From assembly GCA_964385615.1 (NCBI GenBank), contig CAYLPP010000014.1, forward strand, positions 3,836-67,835: DNA of 64,000 nt, written 5' to 3'. Source of the DNA: an uncultured bacterium (GTDB lineage Bacteria > Omnitrophota > Omnitrophia > Omnitrophales > Aquincolibacteriaceae). Below the pieces are notes generated by a model that saw nothing but the letters and a program-made list of their open reading frames with translations, searched no databases and was not told the origin of the DNA. Position 1 is the stretch's first letter. Every line of letters begins with the position of its first letter. The translations under genes and the position numbers were made by a program. This document shows positions 39,901-45,900 of the stretch, piece after piece.

Positions 39901-42900
39901 TTCCGCGTACCATTTTTGAATTTCTTTTTGAAGTTCCGGATTTTTTTTAAACGCGTAATTATTCTGAGGCAGCCCGTAAATAAAAGACGGCGCCATGTGC
40001 AGAAAGCCGCGGAATTCGGGCCGGTTCAAAATTTCATAAATCCCTTCCAGCGCCTTGGAAAATTCCCTGGCCCTTTCTTCAGTCACCGGCGGAGCTTCAA
40101 TTTTTTTCTCGGCGGAACCGGCGCGCGATTCGGAGCGCGGAGAAACCGTCGTCCTTTCGAAGGGAATGCGCACTGTAATCCGGGTACCCGGCACAAAAGT
40201 CATCAAGGAGGCCGCCTGCTCAAACTCGCCGTCCGCGTTGCGCCGCCAAATCCCTTCTCCCGTAACGATCTCGACAAAATTTCCCACAGTGGAAAGTTTG
40301 CGAAACCCATTGCCCCCATACCATTTCCTCTGGCTTCGTTGCCTCACAACCTCCGGATCTCCGAGACCGTAGCCATTGTCCCAAGCCGTGATTTCCACAA
40401 CAGGCCCGCCTTCCTGCTCAATAACTTTAAAACCCACGGCTCCGCCAAAAGCGTATTCGAGCATATTAAAAATCAATTCATGAATGACTCGGGCCCCGAT
40501 CAGCCATTCCTGGCCAAGCACCTGCTGTTCAAGCCGGTACGCGTCAGAAATAACTGAGAAATAAGGCCCCGTTAAAGCCCGGGAATAAATCGGCAGAGCC
40601 TGATAACCTTCAGCGGTCAAAGCCGCGGCTTTCGGCTCGGCCATCAGCCGCCAACGCTCCGTTTCTTCCGAATCGATCGAACGGAGTTCCGATCTTTTTT
40701 TGACCCATCGTTCTTCATAATATTTTTGAAGCGCTGAGTCCCACTCCCGGACCGTGGAAAACCTTTGCTTGCCGAGCTCGTTTAAATTGGAAAAACGTTC
40801 GTTTACCACTCTAAAAATATCCATTGCGTCCAGTAAACCTGTCGGAGAACTCATGGAGGAAACAGCCCGCGCCAGCAAGGACGCTGAGATAAATCCGGAA
40901 ATCGCTTCACGGTCAGACGTGTACTCATCGCTAAAATCAATAAGGACCGGCTGGTTTTCTTTTGTAATAATGACGTTTCGAGGCTGTAAATCGCCATGCT
41001 CCAGCCCTTCAGCTTCCATAAGCTCCACCGCTTTACCAATCCGCAAAGTCCATTCAACAATCTGCTTTTCAAATTCCTCATCGCTCAAACTTTTCGCGGT
41101 GTAAGCCCACCGTTCCAGATTTTCCCCTTCCGCGTAAAGCCGTTCATACTTCCCGCCCTTTTTCTTCCGGATTCTGGGAAAAACGGGGTTGTCCTGATGC
41201 TTCAAAAGAAAATTGACGATAGGTTTATCCCAATTAATCGGAACCCAGTTCTCTTCCGCGGTGCGTATTTCAGAACGGGCCATGGCGCGCCAGGCCTCAA
41301 ATAATTCCGCGGGATTCGCGTAACGTTCGGCAGGATTAGCGCGGACCGCTTTGGCAATCACAGGCGCGAATTTTTCCCATTCCTTTTCCGCATTCTCTTC
41401 CCGCAAGCGCTGAATTATTTCTGAAGGCGTAAAATTCCTGGAAAGCTTTTCAGCCCGAAGCACTTTTGGGCTGAGTGTTTTAAAAAGCCGGTTCCCGGCA
41501 GCGAGCCAGAAAAGAAGGAGTCCCAGGCTGTAAACTTCCGTTTGCGGTTCCAAAGTACCCGCCGGAGCTTCAGGCGCCGCGAACTGGTCCGTGAAACCCT
41601 TATTCTTACGATTTTGTCCGGCGGGCAGTGCCAGACCAAAATCAATAACCGCGGGCTTGTTTTGAGAAGTCATAATAATATTTTGAGGTTTGATGTCGCC
41701 ATGAAGCACTCCGGCGCGGTAAATTGCCGAATGAGCCGCGAGAATATCTTCAGCGGCTTTTTTTAGATCCACAAAACTTTTTCCTTCTCTCCAGCTGTTA
41801 AGCGGCTGACCTTCCGCAAAATCCATAACCAGAGCCGTATCGCCGTTAATTTCATCATCTCTTTGCGTGACCCGGCCAACACCCAGAACATCAGGCACGA
41901 ATTCCGGGGAAGCTTCATGGGCTTGCTTCATCAGATTAAATTCTTCTTCTTGCGCCTCGAAAGAAATTCCGGAATAGGTGTCATAAACTTTCAAGGCTGT
42001 CTCCCGCCCGCTCACAGTGTCGCGGCCGCGGTAAACCCCGGACAACCCGCCGCCAAACGACTCGCCTCCCGCTTTCGATTCATAAACTCTGCCGGCCAAC
42101 ATGACTTGAACGCGGGACTCAGACCGGGAAATAGCTGCCCGGAACGAGCGGAACATTTCTTCAGCGTCAGCATAACGGGCTGAAGGATCAGGATTGATAG
42201 CCCGGGCAATGACTTTGGCAGCGGGGCCCCAGACATCCAACGCTTCCGTGCTTAAGTCTGAGAGCGCCCTGCGGATCTCCGCCGTGCCGGGAGACTGATT
42301 TTTTTCAATTTTGAGCTTTTCCAAATAGAGAAGCGAGTTAAAATCGCCGTCGCTCGGACTCGAAAAAGGCGGCTTGTGCAAAGCCATCCAGTAAAGAATA
42401 ACGCCAAGGCTGTACACATCAATCCGCGGAGTCAGGACGCCAGAACCTTGAAGCGCTTCCGGCGCGGCAAAAAGGTAGGTCCCCTTAACCCGTGAAAGCG
42501 GTTTCCCGATTCTGCTTCCGAAACGAGCCACGCCAAAATCCAGAATTTTAACTCCGGTATCCGTAATATAAATATTCGCGGGCTTCAGGTCCTGATGCAC
42601 AATTTCAGGATGCAGAGAGGCCGCGGCTTCAAGAACGGAAAGGGCCTGCTCCAACACTTGGGGAGCATCCTTACCCTTCACCCAAGCCGCGAGATCCTGC
42701 CCTTCCAAAAATTCCATGACGATAGACGGCATAGGATCTTCAGGACCGTCAATATGCCCCCACCCAATCACCGCGGGCACATGCTCTTTATCCTTCCGGG
42801 CATATTCAATCAAAGCTCTGTATTCGTTTTTGCTGGCAGCTTCACGGTTCACATATCTGTAAATCTTAACTGCTACCGGATTAGAAGATCCGCCGTCATC

Positions 42901-45900
42901 CTTGTGGGCTTTAAAAACCCAGGCATAACCGCCGGCGCCGGCCAAACTATCCACGGAATACTGCGTCCCGTTGACTGTTAATTTTTTCCCGACAAAAAGC
43001 GACGGGTCATTCAAGGCTTTCGGCCTCAGCTCTTCAGACGCCGCCTGTTCGAGTACCGTTAAAAATTCTTCCGCGTTCCGGTAACGCTTTTCCGGAGCAA
43101 CATCCAGCGCCTTACGCAGGGCCGGAATAAAAGAATGCCAAGTTTCCGGCAAACGCGACGCAAGTTCCTCTTCCGTGACCTGGCGGTTATGTTCCGCTAT
43201 GTAATCCACCGGATTTCCCGCCTGAAAAAGCTTCTGCCCGGAAGCGAGTTCAAAAAGAACTTCGGCCAGCATATAAACATCCGTGGACGGTTCATAAGGC
43301 CCGCTGCCCCTTGTGAAAATTTCAGGAGCCATGTAGGCGGGTGTTCCGGTAATTTTCCAGGAAGCTTTAACCGGCATTGTCTTTGTGCCGATCTGAGAGG
43401 TCATGAAATCCAGTATTTTCACCTTCCCGGCGGGAGTCACCAAAAAATTCCAGGGTTTAATATCCAGATGCACCACAGGCTCATTGAGCATATGCAAAGA
43501 AGCAACCGCCCTGGCGGTTTTCAAAGCAACGCGGATTTTTTCCGCGTCCGGCTTCCCTTCAGCCCACGCGGCCAGAGTTTCCCCCTGAATATATTCCATT
43601 GCGATCGCGGAATATCCGTTACCGCTGTCAAGACCAGCACCATAAAATTCAGGCACATACAAATTACTAGCTGACGCGGCTTGCATAACTTTGACTTCGT
43701 GGGAGACCAGAGAGCGGAGAAATTCAGGATCGTTTAAAAGATGCGACGGGATGATTTTGACGGCAATATCCGGTTGACCGGAAGCTGAGGCCAGATAGAC
43801 CTCTCCTCCCGCACCGCTGTCAAGAAACCGGGTCAATGTATAAACTTTACTACCGAATCTTTTAAGTTCGATTTTTTTTCCTAAATAGGCAGGCGCAGGG
43901 GTTGTCGCCCGGACCTCAGAGCGCACAGGCGGAGAAAAAACATCCGGGGGAAGTTCCGCGCTGAGAACCTCCAGCAATTCTCCGGCATCCTGAAAACGCT
44001 TTTTCGGATCCGGATCAAGCGCCTTACGCAAAATTTTACCGACCTTCTCTTTAAGCTCTTTTTCCAGAGGAAGCCGGTCTTCAAGATCCGCTTGAGGCAG
44101 CGGTTTTTTACGCTCCTGCCCCAGCTTGGCGTATTGCCCTTCCCGTTCTTGTTCCGGCGTCAGAGCAAACAGCCTTTGCCCGGTCAAAACCTCAAAAATA
44201 CTCGCGCCAAGAAGGTAAACGTCCGTTGCCGGAGTGTAAGGCCCGGTTCCATTAAAAAACATTTCCGGCGCCATGTAGGCGGGCGTTCCGCGGACATCCG
44301 TGTTCCGCTCCGAAGGCGCGGGCTTCCTGCCGATCTGACTGTAAGTAAAATCCAGAATCTTAACTTTCCCCGCGGCCGTAACAAACAGATTGGAGGGTTT
44401 TAAATCCAGATGAACCACTTTGTTTCGATGCATCATCGAAGCCGCGCGGACAACATTCACTGACATCGAAAGTTTTTGCGGTAAGGAAGCGTTCTCTTCC
44501 GCCCACTTTTTCAGACTTTCGCCCTCCAAAAACTCCATGGCGATTAATGAAAAAGAGTCCTGGGAAAAGCCAATTTTGGATCCATAAAACATGGGAACAT
44601 ATTCATTGTCTTTTCCCGCGGCCCGGAGCGCCTGAACTTCATGCTTAATCTGACTCTCTCTCAAAGCGCGCCGGCGGCGGCCTTGATCGCTGAAAACCTT
44701 AACGGCTATCGAAGGAAATCGAGCGGGGTCCACGGAAACGGGAACCGCGCGGTAAACACGGCCGTTCCCTTCTTTGTCCAGCATGGACTCCAAACGGTAC
44801 TTCGCTGAGCGAGTATGAACAATAACACCCAAAAAGCCGGAGTGACGCTTCCAGAGCTGCACTCTGCTTTTCTGAAGTGTTCCCGCGGGCCATTCGATAA
44901 AACCTTGTTTAGGATGCCGGTATTGAAAACCGGTTGGCGTCCGCTGGCGCAGAATCGCGCGGGAAACATCAATCCGGGTTCCCCCTCCGCTGGCTTCTAT
45001 AAGCGTTTGGGCCAACTGCATCAACGCTTTGCCGATTCCCTCGACTAACTCTAAGTCGCTGATATGAACCACCATCCCGGGGCTGCCGGATTCTAATCCC
45101 GGAATTTCCGAAACCCACGGGAAAGGACCTGCCCACTTTTCTCCCTCCGGGTCAATTTGCGCGGAGTAGGTATTGTCCTTATTCCTTTTCATGAGGATAT
45201 CGATAAACCCGGCCGGATTTCGCCCTCCATCGGCAGTCCGCCGGAAAGCCGTTACACGAAACGCGATTTCGGGGGGTTTCTGTCCGGCAGGAATATCCGC
45301 AGGAACCGGTCTTTGCTTCCAGCTGAATCCATAAAAAATCCGGTAGGGCTCTTCAACTTTCCGAATTTGTCCGCCGGCCGAAACCGCGGTTGAAGTGTCC
45401 GCTTCTTTTTCCTTCGCGGCAACCACCATGGGGCGAGTCATTCTTTCCTGGCGGGTGCTCCTCAAATCCGTGTTGAACCTGTTGGCTTTTAAAATCTGCC
45501 ACCAGACATCTTTAATTTCACTTTCAATTTCAATAATTTTCGCGGCTTCCGCGGATTTCGCGGGATAAGCGGCGGCAATCACCTGCAGTTTCAGGCAAAT
45601 ATCCGGAAGAGCTCCATCCATCCAGAATAAAATCCCGCCCCATCCCGCTTTGATGCCGGCAGGCGTGCGGTAAATCCCCTGAGTAGTCCGCTGGGAGTTC
45701 CGGAAAGCAAAACCCGCGTAGGTTGTATCCAGAAAACGGCCGAATTCCTTTTCAAATTCCTGAATGTTTCCCCGGCGAAGATGAAGATAAAGAATTTGCT
45801 GCTGAACCTGCATGGGGAAAAACCCCACTCCGTCAACCTTTTGAAGCGCTTTCAAAAGCAAAAGCACGCGGTCATAAATTCTGTCAGCCTGAAATTTATC

